A stretch of 64,000 bases of DNA from Candidatus Wolfebacteria bacterium GW2011_GWB1_47_1 (GCA_001029635.1 CP011209.1:16983-80982); one strand, 5' to 3'. Counted from the first letter of the stretch, positions 29,013-37,753 are shown. A program made the numbers and translations. Notes: a model not told the origin generated them from the sequence alone.

Positions 29013-29771
29013 TTATGCGCCATTTTGTTTTCGTTCTATCGGTTGTCCTTCGGATTGAGATCGATACCCTCCCCCTTGCTGTGGACGTCCCTGGTCTCGT
29101 CGTTGAGGAAACCGAGGTTGTTGCAAGGGCTGTCGTTGTAGCGGCCTTCGCTGGTCGCCTCCGCGCTGCTGTGACCCTTCCGCACGTGGACGTGGCGTCT
29201 GCGCATCTTGTTTTGGCGACGCCTCGCGCACTGGTTGCTCTCCATCTTCTTTACGCACTCCTCCTCCGATGCGCGCCGCCCGTACTCCCTGCTGTGGTCG
29301 CCGTGGGCGAATTGCCCCCTGCTTACGCAACTCGATGTTCCTCAAGAAATTATATGCCTGTTTCAAAACACGCTGACTATCTTCCTTGGTTAGTACTTTG
29401 AGCGCTTCCTTGTAGGTAAACCATCCATATCCTTCATGCTTCTCCCCTTGCGCATCGGTTTGCTCTGGTAGTTTTATCCGCTGCTGGGCCGTTTCGGCAA
29501 GATAAAATACGATCGTTTTATAGATCTTTTCCTTATTCCTCCAGAATGTGAAATTCTCCGATGTCTTGAAATTCTCATTGAATCGGAGGTCATTTCGCGT
29601 AAGGCCTGTTTCTTCCCTCACTTCGCGAACCGCTGTTTGGAAGCTTTTTTCTTCGCTTTCAATTTTCCCCTTCGGGAAGTTCCAATAGTTGTGTCCGTGA
29701 TATAAAATCAGAAAACGAGGGCCCTCCGCAGTTGTTCGGTACGCTATGATACCCGCGGAAATTTCTCGCAT
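29013..29771 (-). CDS. NUDIX hydrolase (Ap4A-hydrolase-like) with a long disordered R/Q/G/P tail
   Basis: SAG, WNFPKGKIESEEKSFQTAVREVREETG Nudix box, EKHEGYGW. Confidence 0.9.
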   Translation of the reverse strand: MREISAGIIAYRTTAEGPRFLILYHGHNYWNFPKGKIESEEKSFQTAVREVREETGLTRNDLRFNENFKTSENFTFWRNKEKIYKTIVFYLAETAQQRIKLPEQTDAQGEKHEGYGWFTYKEALKVLTKEDSQRVLKQAYNFLRNIELRKQGAIRPRRPQQGVRAARIGGGVRKEDGEQPVREASPKQDAQTPRPRAEGSQQRGGDQRRPLQRQPLQQPRFPQRRDQGRPQQGGGYRSQSEGQPIERKQNGA

Positions 29772-29923
29772 ATTGCACATACTATAGCATAGATCTGGCG
29801 GGGATACAAATTGTATAGGTTAGTCGGTTAACGCGTTAACGGGTTGGTAAATGCAGAAATACTGGATTCCGGAATGACACCGTGGGAACATAAAAAAGGG
29901 GCGGATTCTCCGCCCCTTACGTA

Positions 29924-30124
29924 TTACCTGTGATTACCCAGTGCCAACTCGGTCTGTTTTTGGATCTCCTTGGAGGCTCCCAAAATATCGGACAGTTCGT
30001 TCTCGAGCCTTGTTCGCTCGAACCGAAGCGCCTCCTCTTCTCCCGCGATCTCTCCGAATCGCTGTTCTATTACAACCACCCTCGCCTGTATCCTTTTTAC
30101 ATCTTCATCCACTAGACTTACCAT
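29924..30124 (-). CDS. Small coiled-coil orphan protein (cassette 1)
   Basis: SD GGGAGGT, own promoter and terminator. Confidence 0.7.
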   Translation of the reverse strand: MVSLVDEDVKRIQARVVVIEQRFGEIAGEEEALRFERTRLENELSDILGASKEIQKQTELALGNHR

Positions 30125-30235
30125 GTCGATTACCTCCCGCCTCTCCTGTGGTGCATTTTAAATTTCTATCGTTTGTATACCACTTTTCTATCACTTTTGC
30201 AAATCAAAAAAAGGCGGATACTCCGCCCCTTTGTC

Positions 30236-30451
30236 TTATGCCTGCGTCTCGAATATCTTATTCACCTGAATCCCTATCTGGGCAACGGACCTCCTTGTCT
30301 CCTCCAGCTCAAGTAAAAGATTGTCCCGCTCAGTGTTGCGTTGCCTTATTTCCTCTTCGATTCCTTTCAAACGAGATGCGATGGTCGTAATGCGATCTCT
30401 TACCGCTTGCGCCTCTACACTGGCGGGCGATCCAGGCCGTGTACTCGACAT
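30236..30451 (-). CDS. Small coiled-coil orphan protein (cassette 2)
   Basis: SD GGGGAGG; heptad pattern similar to cassette 1. Confidence 0.7.
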   Translation of the reverse strand: MSSTRPGSPASVEAQAVRDRITTIASRLKGIEEEIRQRNTERDNLLLELEETRRSVAQIGIQVNKIFETQA

Positions 30452-30568
30452 AAAAAATTCCTCCCCTAAGATTGGACCCCTAATTTAATTTACTATATTT
30501 TATATATCATTCCTTTGCCGATTTTGCAACAAAAAAAGGGCGGATCACTCCGCCCCCCCTGCTACCAC

Positions 30569-30931
30569 CTAACGTATCCCGAAGGACGCAATCCTACTGA
30601 GATATAGGATCCCATAAACATCTTCGCGCATCTTTTTAGACCCCCTCCCAAGACGCACCTGCCTGAATCTTTTTTCAAATTCTTCAAGCTCAGCTACCAG
30701 CGTCCAGGTTTCGTTCCAAATCTTCCGCAGCTCGTCTTCCCCGTCATCATCGTCCCAGGTCCCTTCTACAATTCGTTCCCAATGAATAGTAACCCGCCTG
30801 TCTGTGAGCCTGTACCGTCTCGAGTTTATCGCCTGCAAGACTTGCACTAGCTCGTCGAACCCGCCACCACCCGGCTCCAGGTTGTTAGTGGCCCTTCTTA
30901 ACAAGATTACACTGTCATATAATTCCGCCAT
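30569..30931 (-). CDS. Orphan helical protein (cassette 3)
   Basis: SD AAGGAGGAG before ATG 30931. Confidence 0.7.
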   Translation of the reverse strand: MAELYDSVILLRRATNNLEPGGGGFDELVQVLQAINSRRYRLTDRRVTIHWERIVEGTWDDDDGEDELRKIWNETWTLVAELEEFEKRFRQVRLGRGSKKMREDVYGILYLSRIASFGIR

Positions 30932-31035
30932 AGCAGACTCCTCCTTTTCGCTTTTATTAATTTCTACCTTCTCTATACCAACTTTCTCCCTTTTTTGCAA
31001 ATCAAAAAAAGGGCGGATCACTCCGCCCCGTTCCC

Positions 31036-31563
31036 TTACTTGCCCATGCGCCCCGCAAAGCAACTACGGACGTTCGCAATGGACTCGTCTACCGCCGCCT
31101 TTTCACTCTTGCGCGCGGCTATCTTTTCACCGAGCAATGCATACTCCCTTTCCAATTCCGGAATCAACCGGCACAGGGCCGTGTAGTAGTCCTCGGGGGT
31201 CTCCTCCTCCGCGACTACGGGCTCGATCGCGATAGGCTTCTTGCCCACCTTCCGAGGACGCTGCTTGATCGTGACAATCTCGTAGGAGATGAATATCCCC
31301 TGGTGCCATTGGTACAGCCCCGACTTCATGCGCTGGCCCGGAGCCTTGTTGAACTCGATCAACTCAAGCACCTTAGCCTCCGCAAGCACCTGGATCGTCG
31401 CCGTTACCAGACTATGGCACGGCCTGTTCTCCATCTTTGCATCCAGATGCGCATGGATCCCACGTATCCGCGATGTTGGCATTTCTTTTAGCAGTTCGAT
31501 GATCATCGCCATAACGCGCTGCTGTTTCATCGTCATACCCAGTTGCTTCTTTGCTTCGGTCAT
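31036..31563 (-). CDS. Orphan protein, possible winged helix plus coiled coil (cassette 4)
   Basis: SD GGAGGG; helix-helix-helix-wing-like N-terminus and C-terminal heptads. Confidence 0.65.
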   Translation of the reverse strand: MTEAKKQLGMTMKQQRVMAMIIELLKEMPTSRIRGIHAHLDAKMENRPCHSLVTATIQVLAEAKVLELIEFNKAPGQRMKSGLYQWHQGIFISYEIVTIKQRPRKVGKKPIAIEPVVAEEETPEDYYTALCRLIPELEREYALLGEKIAARKSEKAAVDESIANVRSCFAGRMGK

Positions 31564-31668
31564 CTATCCCTCCAATATTCCATAATGTGTAGTGCTTTTT
31601 CTTTTGTACAAATAAACAGCCCCTTTGTCAATCCAAACAAAAACACCCCGAAGGGTGTTTTTGAGCGA

Positions 31669-31995
31669 TTATTTCATTTTGATCTCGATATCAACTCCCG
31701 AAGGCAGGTTGAGTGTGCTCAAAGATTCAATGATCTTTTGGCTCGGATTAACGATGTCGATAATCCGATTGTGCACACGCAGCTCGAACTGCTCACGCGC
31801 GGTCTTGTGGACGAACGTGGAGCGATTCACGGTGTACCGCTTGAATTCAGTCGGCAACGGAATCGGACCAACTATTTCTGCTCCGTTTCTGACCGCCGTA
31901 TCGACGATCTGCTTGATCGAGTTATCGATCAGCTTGTGGTCGTACGATCGTACGCGTAATCGCAATTTAGATTGTGCTTCTTCTTTCTTGGCCAT
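31669..31995 (-). CDS. rpsJ: 30S ribosomal protein uS10
   Basis: RLRVRSYDHKLID, GPIPLPT, REQFELRVHNR. Confidence 0.98.
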   Translation of the reverse strand: MAKKEEAQSKLRLRVRSYDHKLIDNSIKQIVDTAVRNGAEIVGPIPLPTEFKRYTVNRSTFVHKTAREQFELRVHNRIIDIVNPSQKIIESLSTLNLPSGVDIEIKMK

Positions 31996-32041
31996 TGTCA
32001 AAATACTTTAATGAATTAATCGCTTTTCTATTTTTCTCTCC

Positions 32042-32167
32042 GAAAAACGGTTGCATTCGGATGAAGTGCGAGGCACGGGGAAATCGATGAGGAAGCTGTA
32101 CAGAAGTACTGCGACCGAATCGATGGGGCCCCGTAACGAAGCAATTCGCCGAATGCAGACGTTTTTC
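32042..32167. repeat. MITE-like long inverted repeat between tuf and rpsJ
   Basis: GAAAAACG..TGCATTCGG / CCGAATGCA..CGTTTTTC termini with nested ACGGGG, ATCGAT and GTAC dyads. Confidence 0.7.
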
Positions 32168-33361
32168 TTATTTGATGATCTTAGTAACAACACCTGCCCC
32201 TACCGTTCGTCCACCCTCGCGAATAGCGAAACGGGTCTGGTCTTCCAATGCTACCGGAGCGATCAACTTAACCTTAAAGGTTACGGTGTCTCCCGGCATA
32301 ACCATCTCCATGCCTTCCGGAAGCTCTACTTCTCCGGTCACGTCAGTGGTGCGGATGTAGAACTGCGGCTTGTAGCCCTTGAAGAATGGCGTGTGTCGCC
32401 CTCCTTCTTCCTTAGTCAGGATGAGAACTTCTGCTTCGAACTCGGTGTGCGGGGTGACCGATCCCGGCTTTGCCAGAACCTGTCCACGCTCCACATCCTC
32501 CTTCTTCAAGCCACGCAAGAGCAAGCCTACGTTGTCTCCTGCCATACCCGAATCCAGTAACTTATTGAACATTTCGATACCGGTAACAACAGTCTTCGCG
32601 GTCGGTCGGATACCAACAACTTCGATTTCCTCGTTTACCTTGAGTACACCGCGCTCGATACGTCCAGTTACAACAGTTCCACGACCTTCGATCGAGAAAA
32701 TGTCTTCTACTGGCATAAGGAATGGCTTATCGGTTGCGCGCTGCGGCTCCGGAATGTAATCGTCGCATGCCTTTACCAAATCGTAGATCGGCTTCAATGC
32801 TTCATCATCGGCATTTGTTGCCTCTCCCGCCTTCAATGCAGATCCACGGATAACCGGGGTCTCATCTCCAGGGAAGTTGTACTTCTTCAGCAATTCGCGA
32901 ACTTCAGCTTCGACGAGGTCGATCAATTCAGGATCGTCAACCATATCGCACTTGTTCAAGAACACTACGATTGCGGGAACGCCAACCTGGCGGGCCAACA
33001 AGATGTGTTCTCGCGTTTGTGGCATCGGGCCGTCAGTTGCGGATACTACGAGGATTGCACCGTCCATCTGCGCAGCACCGGTGATCATGTTCTTGATGTA
33101 GTCTGCGTGTCCCGGAGCGTCGATGTGCGCATAGTGGCGCTTCTCTGACTCGTATTCTGAGTGGTGCAAAGCGATCGTGATCCCACGAGCTTTTTCTTCC
33201 GGAGCGTTGTCGATCTGATCAACGTTCTCCTTTTTCTTAGACCATCCCTTCAAGAAGGTGGCGTTGGTGATAGCTGCCGTCAATGTGGTCTTGCCATGGT
33301 CAACGTGACCGATGGTGCCGATGTTCACGTGCGGCTTAGTTCGTTCAAATTTTTCTGCCAT
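32168..33361 (-). CDS. tuf: Elongation factor Tu
   Basis: [26 protein letters not shown]. Confidence 0.99.
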   Translation of the reverse strand: MAEKFERTKPHVNIGTIGHVDHGKTTLTAAITNATFLKGWSKKKENVDQIDNAPEEKARGITIALHHSEYESEKRHYAHIDAPGHADYIKNMITGAAQMDGAILVVSATDGPMPQTREHILLARQVGVPAIVVFLNKCDMVDDPELIDLVEAEVRELLKKYNFPGDETPVIRGSALKAGEATNADDEALKPIYDLVKACDDYIPEPQRATDKPFLMPVEDIFSIEGRGTVVTGRIERGVLKVNEEIEVVGIRPTAKTVVTGIEMFNKLLDSGMAGDNVGLLLRGLKKEDVERGQVLAKPGSVTPHTEFEAEVLILTKEEGGRHTPFFKGYKPQFYIRTTDVTGEVELPEGMEMVMPGDTVTFKVKLIAPVALEDQTRFAIREGGRTVGAGVVTKIIK

Positions 33362-33615
33362 ATGTTATGGGCGCAACATGGTCACAGATTACTGCGACAT
33401 AGAAATACTGTTAAACGAATCGCTTAACTGCATTTCCCTGTCGCATGTCTCAGCTCCCTTGTCGCTTTTGATTGGTTAGTCGACTTGTTTGTTTAATATA
33501 TAGTATTTTACCTCTTTTCGTCAATATGCCGATCTATTGTCATTCCGGCCTCCCACTACCATGCAAATGATGTGGGGATGTACTTTCGCAGGGATGACGC
33601 TCGAGGCGACGTTCA

Positions 33616-33969
33616 TCAAGCAATGAACTCAATCGTTGCCATTGCTGAACCGTCTCGCATACGTGCTTCCGCAGACTTTACCACACGGAGATATCCACCT
33701 CGTCGCGCCTTATATTTCGGTGCAACTTCGTAGAAGATCTTTTCCGCGGCCTTCTTCGGAAGTCGGGCGATGAGCAAGCGCAAGCTTGCCGTATCCTGCT
33801 TCTTTGCGAGTGTGACCATCTTTTCCACTTCCGGCCTCAGCTCTTTCGCTTTTGCTTCCGTAGTTGTGATCTTCTCTTCAAGAATCAGGTTATTCGCCAG
33901 AGTCTTCATGAGCGCTGTGCGTTGACCAGTCTTCCTATGAAATTTTCGTCCTTTCGCTAAGTGTCTCAT
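33616..33969 (-). CDS. rplQ: 50S ribosomal protein bL17
   Basis: MRH, ITTTEAKAKELR, RRGGYLR. Confidence 0.98.
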   Translation of the reverse strand: MRHLAKGRKFHRKTGQRTALMKTLANNLILEEKITTTEAKAKELRPEVEKMVTLAKKQDTASLRLLIARLPKKAAEKIFYEVAPKYKARRGGYLRVVKSAEARMRDGSAMATIEFIA

Positions 33970-33978
33970 TGTAGTTCT

Positions 33979-34734
33979 TTATTTTTTCCCTTTCTTTTTC
34001 GGCTCTTCCTCTCCTTCTTCGTCTTCCGTTTCCACGGTAACGTCGGCGATCTCAGCGACCTTGGAAAAGTGATCCTTGAGAATATTCGATGCCTTATGCA
34101 ACGCGAGGGAAGGCTTTGTACTTCCGTCGGTCTCGATGGTGAGCTTTATCTTATTGAAGTCAGTCCGCTCTCCTACGCGCATGTTCTCAACCACGAAGTT
34201 TACATTCGTGACGGGGGTGAAGATCGCGTCGATGGCAATGACGCCAACCGGCAACTTCTCAACCTTGCGCACTTCGACCGGTACGTATCCAAGACCTTTC
34301 TCGACAGTTATTTCCATTGAGAATTCGGTCTTCTTCTCCGTAAGGGTTGCGATGTGCGATTCCGGATTGATAACTTCAACCTGCGCATTCGCCTTGATGT
34401 CCCCTGCGGTCACCACCTTCTCTCCTTTTACGTCGAGGGTGAGGACTTGCGGTTCGTCAGCGTGGAATGCAAAACGTACTTTCTTCATATTCAACGCGAT
34501 CTCTACGATGTCTTCCATGACTCCGTCGATCGTCGTGAATTCGTGTTTGACGTTCTTGATCTTGATCTGGGTTACACACGCACCCGGAAGCGATGACAGC
34601 AACACGCGGCGCAATGCGTTTCCGACGGTCAGGCCATAGCCCGAGTACAAACCGTCGATCTCGAACACTCCTTCAGTCGCAGTTTCCGAAATTGTTTTGA
34701 TTTTTACCGACTCGCTTAATCGTGTATATTCCAT
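33979..34734 (-). CDS. rpoA: RNA polymerase subunit alpha (no alpha-CTD)
   Basis: GYGLTVGNALRRVLLSS, HEFTTIDGVMED, IDAIFTPV, RVGERTDF; ends ~20 aa after the NTD. Confidence 0.97.
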   Translation of the reverse strand: MEYTRLSESVKIKTISETATEGVFEIDGLYSGYGLTVGNALRRVLLSSLPGACVTQIKIKNVKHEFTTIDGVMEDIVEIALNMKKVRFAFHADEPQVLTLDVKGEKVVTAGDIKANAQVEVINPESHIATLTEKKTEFSMEITVEKGLGYVPVEVRKVEKLPVGVIAIDAIFTPVTNVNFVVENMRVGERTDFNKIKLTIETDGSTKPSLALHKASNILKDHFSKVAEIADVTVETEDEEGEEEPKKKGKK

Positions 34735-34751
34735 AGAAAAAGAAATTTAGA

Positions 34752-35366
34752 TTATTTTGAGTAGAAATCGACAACCAGGTTAATGTCATACGGAATCTCG
34801 ACATCGAACGGAAGGGATTTTACCTTGCCTTCGAGTTTTTCCCGTTCGATCTGGAGCCAGACCGGAGTTTCGTATTTCTTCAGGTTCTCGGAAAGATCTT
34901 TGAACAACGGGGTTGTCTTTGATTTTTCCCGAACTGCGACGATATCACCTACCTTTACCTGAAATGACGATATTGTCACCTTCCGGCCGTTGACTAGGAT
35001 ATGACCATGACTAATAAACTGCTTTGCCATGATGCGCGACGGGGCAAACCCCATGCGAAACACCACGTTATCAAGACGTCGTTCAAGCAGGTTCACGATC
35101 GTTGTCGTAATAGCCTCCTTTTTATGCAACGCTTCCTTAAAGATGCGTTCCATCGCCTTCTCCCTTAGACCGTAGCTAAACATGATCTTCTGCTTTTCAG
35201 CAAGTTGGAGACCGTATTCAGACAACTGCTTTCTTCGGGACTTTCCGTGCACACCCGGACGATATGGTCGTCGGAGCAATGCGCACTTACCGGAGCTGCA
35301 TCGTTCTGCCTTCAGGAAGAGATGCACTCCCAGCGCCCGTTCTTTTTTTTCTTTTGGACCCATCAT
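34752..35366 (-). CDS. rpsD: 30S ribosomal protein uS4
   Basis: SEYGLQLAEKQK, LERRLDNVVFR, SHGHILVNG. Confidence 0.98.
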   Translation of the reverse strand: MMGPKEKKERALGVHLFLKAERCSSGKCALLRRPYRPGVHGKSRRKQLSEYGLQLAEKQKIMFSYGLREKAMERIFKEALHKKEAITTTIVNLLERRLDNVVFRMGFAPSRIMAKQFISHGHILVNGRKVTISSFQVKVGDIVAVREKSKTTPLFKDLSENLKKYETPVWLQIEREKLEGKVKSLPFDVEIPYDINLVVDFYSK

Positions 35367-35368
35367 AT

Positions 35369-35470
35369 GAATGACTCAGAACTTATAACTCATAACTTAT
35401 GACGAGATTCTTAGGGATAACCCTGCCCATCCGCCTTCTGTCATTAGTCAATAGTTATTGGTTAATAGTT
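35369..35470 (-). promoter_or_regulatory. Structured intergenic element, copy A (rpsD leader)
   Basis: Shares ACUAAUGACRGAAGGCGGA and AAGUUCURAGUCAUU with copy B. Confidence 0.6.
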
Positions 35471-35473
35471 ATT

Positions 35474-35929
35474 TTAGATTCTTCGCGGCTTTTTCGGTCG
35501 CGGACCGTTATGCGGGATCGGCGTCACGTCCTTTACGGAAGTGATATTGAATCCCTGGTTTGCGAACGAGCGGATCGCTGAATCGCGTCCCGAGCCGACG
35601 CCTTTCACTACAACGTCAATTTCGCTCAAACCAACTTTCTTCAATTTTTCGACCAGTGCGGCCACTGCCTTTGATGCGGCAAACGGGGTTGCCTTCTTCG
35701 GACCAGCAAAACCAAGACTTCCTGCGGATACCCATGCGATAACATCGCCTCCTCTATTGGTGACGGTGATCATCGTGTTGTTATAGGTAGCGTTGATGAA
35801 TACCTTCCCTTGTTCGATTTTACGCGATCCCCCTCCCTTGCCCGAGACCTTCGTCATGGTCTTCTCGAGGTTGTCGCTCTCCTTGAGCACCTGCGCTTCA
35901 GTTTGTTTTATGACTTTTTTCTTACCCAT
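35474..35929 (-). CDS. rpsK: 30S ribosomal protein uS11
   Basis: ATYNNT, KKATPFAA, DVTPIPHNGPRP. Confidence 0.98.
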   Translation of the reverse strand: MGKKKVIKQTEAQVLKESDNLEKTMTKVSGKGGGSRKIEQGKVFINATYNNTMITVTNRGGDVIAWVSAGSLGFAGPKKATPFAASKAVAALVEKLKKVGLSEIDVVVKGVGSGRDSAIRSFANQGFNITSVKDVTPIPHNGPRPKKPRRI

Positions 35930-35946
35930 AGTTAAAGGAGGTTAGA

Positions 35947-36330
35947 TTACTTCAATGATGTCTTACGTCGTCCGCTCGTAGCGGTCTTGCGTACGTTTCC
36001 GCGTACGGTGCGGGAATTGGTCTTCGTTCGCTGTCCGCGTGTCGGGAGCTTCTTCATGTGCCGAGTTCCTCGGTAGCAGTTGATCTCCTTCAAGCGCGCA
36101 ATGTTCGTTTTGATAACCTGTCGCAATTCACCTTCGACCTTGCAGTTCTTTTCAACGTATTCTTGAATCTTTTTCATCTCATCCTGCGTGAGATCCTTTG
36201 CTTTCTTATCTACCGGAATCTTCGTGGCAGACAAAATAGCATCGGCAGTCGTCTTTCCGATGCCGTGTACGTATGTCAAGGCATACTCGATCCTTTTATT
36301 ATCTGGAATGTTTACACCAACTAATCGCAT
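35947..36330 (-). CDS. rpsM: 30S ribosomal protein uS13
   Basis: ALTYVHGIG, VEGELR, RGQRTKTNSRT. Confidence 0.98.
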   Translation of the reverse strand: MRLVGVNIPDNKRIEYALTYVHGIGKTTADAILSATKIPVDKKAKDLTQDEMKKIQEYVEKNCKVEGELRQVIKTNIARLKEINCYRGTRHMKKLPTRGQRTKTNSRTVRGNVRKTATSGRRKTSLK

Positions 36331-36345
36331 GGTATTGAATGATTA

Positions 36346-36462
36346 TTAACCCTGTCGCTGTTTATGCTTAGGATTTTTCTTGCAGATGATAAATACGCGG
36401 CCTTGTCGGCGTACGGATTTACAATCCTTACAAATTTTTTTAACTGAAGCTCGAACCTTCAT
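36346..36462 (-). CDS. rpmJ: 50S ribosomal protein bL36
   Basis: [15 protein letters not shown]...NPKHKQRQG. Confidence 0.97.
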   Translation of the reverse strand: MKVRASVKKICKDCKSVRRQGRVFIICKKNPKHKQRQG

Positions 36463-36465
36463 AAT

Positions 36466-36570
36466 AAATGACTTAGAACTTTTAACTTTTGACTTTTGAC
36501 GGGTTGCGGGGAATTCTCCCCATAGTCCGCCTTCCGTCATTAGTTATCGGTCAATAGTTTATAGTTTATT
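36466..36570 (-). promoter_or_regulatory. Structured intergenic element, copy B (rpmJ leader)
   Basis: Same conserved blocks as copy A. Confidence 0.6.
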
Positions 36571-36810
36571 TTACATTCTCCTCACAATCCTTCCCCGCGC
36601 ACCATCTGGACTCAATTCAAGTGTGACCGTATCACCGGGCAGTATCTTGATGTAGTGCATCCGCATCTTACCTGACAAATATGCAAGAATCTCTTCGCCA
36701 TTCTCAAGCTTCACTCGAAATGTCGTTGCCGGCAGCGATTCAACAACAATACCTCGTGCGAGTGGCTTACCTTGATCTTTTATTTGCCTCGGTTGTCTCC
36801 TTGGTCGCAT
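36571..36810 (-). CDS. infA: Translation initiation factor IF-1
   Basis: [30 protein letters not shown]. Confidence 0.97.
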   Translation of the reverse strand: MRPRRQPRQIKDQGKPLARGIVVESLPATTFRVKLENGEEILAYLSGKMRMHYIKILPGDTVTLELSPDGARGRIVRRM

Positions 36811-37042
36811 GTAGGTTAGATAGTAGACTAAAATAGGTGAACAGTCAAGCCATGCACTACCAAACTTGCAAGTTTGGTGTGTAGGTAAAAGTAAATCACC
36901 GCGTTTGCGGCTTTTTCATGATTTGTTCACTTCGTGTGCAGCATTCCCGGCGGTATGCATATATAGTACACTGTTTCTCTATAAAAACAAGGCCGCTGCG
37001 CGCGTCCACGGTTAATAGTTCACGGGTCATAGAAATTCCGCA

Positions 37043-37149
37043 TTGTCATTCCGAGCGGAGCGGTACTCCGCGTAGTCGAGGAATCTGCAGTCTATACACT
37101 TCCCTGCTACAGATCCTTCGACCCCACTCCGTTGCGCTCAGGATGACAA
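37043..37149. repeat. TGTCATTCCGAGC...GCTCAGGATGACA palindromic repeat (long variant)
   Basis: Same termini as the 17480 family; internal GTCGAGGAATCTG/CAGATCCTTCGAC dyad. Confidence 0.75.
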
Positions 37150-37303
37150 TACAGGCGCTTTTCATTCCCAAACACAGGCTCCCATATCGTGATACGTGTC
37201 CGTCATCTGGCGAATCCGAAGGGAATCCACTTCATTTTTTCGTCTTACGATGACGGAAAATTGAAGACACCTATAAAAATCCGCCAAAATGGCGGATTTT
37301 TGT

Positions 37304-37597
37304 TTACATTCCCGTACCGTAACTATCCGGCTTATTTTTACTCATTTTATGCGGGTCCCTATTTTCGATACTTATGATATCTTCGGCGTTTATCTTAAAA
37401 TCGGCGCCCCTATCTAAGGTTATTTCCGAACCAACCATTCGCTTAAACTCTCCGGCGATTGTTTCGGCGGCTCCCTCTTTTTTAAAATACACATGGACCA
37501 TATCGCCCAGAGCAATATCCTGCTTTTTAATCTCATTGGCTATCCGCTCAACTTTTTCATCCACCTGCTCCTCCGTCCTCCTCGGCAATCCTTCCAT
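37304..37597 (-). CDS. Hypothetical protein (small beta-barrel-like)
   Basis: 97 aa; followed by the terminator AAAATCCGCCA/TGGCGGATTTT. Confidence 0.6.
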   Translation of the reverse strand: MEGLPRRTEEQVDEKVERIANEIKKQDIALGDMVHVYFKKEGAAETIAGEFKRMVGSEITLDRGADFKINAEDIISIENRDPHKMSKNKPDSYGTGM

Positions 37598-37708
37598 ATT
37601 TTATTTGGGTTTAATTTTTGCTGGATTCCGTCCGTTCCCTAGCAGTCCGGAATGACGGATTATTTAGGCTCGACAGCCATTTTATTCCCCTTATTTTACC
37701 CCCCCCCG

Positions 37709-37749
37709 AATCAAAACAGTCAACCCTCTAGTGGTTGACTGTTTTGATT
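37709..37749. terminator. Perfect 17-bp-stem hairpin, probably a terminator
   Basis: AATCAAAACAGTCAACC / GGTTGACTGTTTTGATT. Confidence 0.7.
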
Positions 37750-37753
37750 GCTC

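Larger units (their letters stand above)
29892..31028 (-). repeat. Four copies of the GGGGCGGAG(n)ATCCGCC(C)-T-tract terminator repeat
   Basis: Copies near 29892-29916, 30206-30229, 30531-30558 and 31004-31028. Confidence 0.88.

Noticed and set aside
29892-31028. Repeated GGCGGA..TCCGCC hairpins as a CRISPR array or integron attC sites
   Set aside because: Spacing is 300-470 bp with whole genes between, each copy has a terminator T-tract, and there are no cas genes, integron integrase or RYYYAAC/GTTRRRY ends.
36850-37300. Possible gene or IS remnant upstream of infA
   Set aside because: Only short ORFs overlapping palindromic repeats; no recognisable protein motif.
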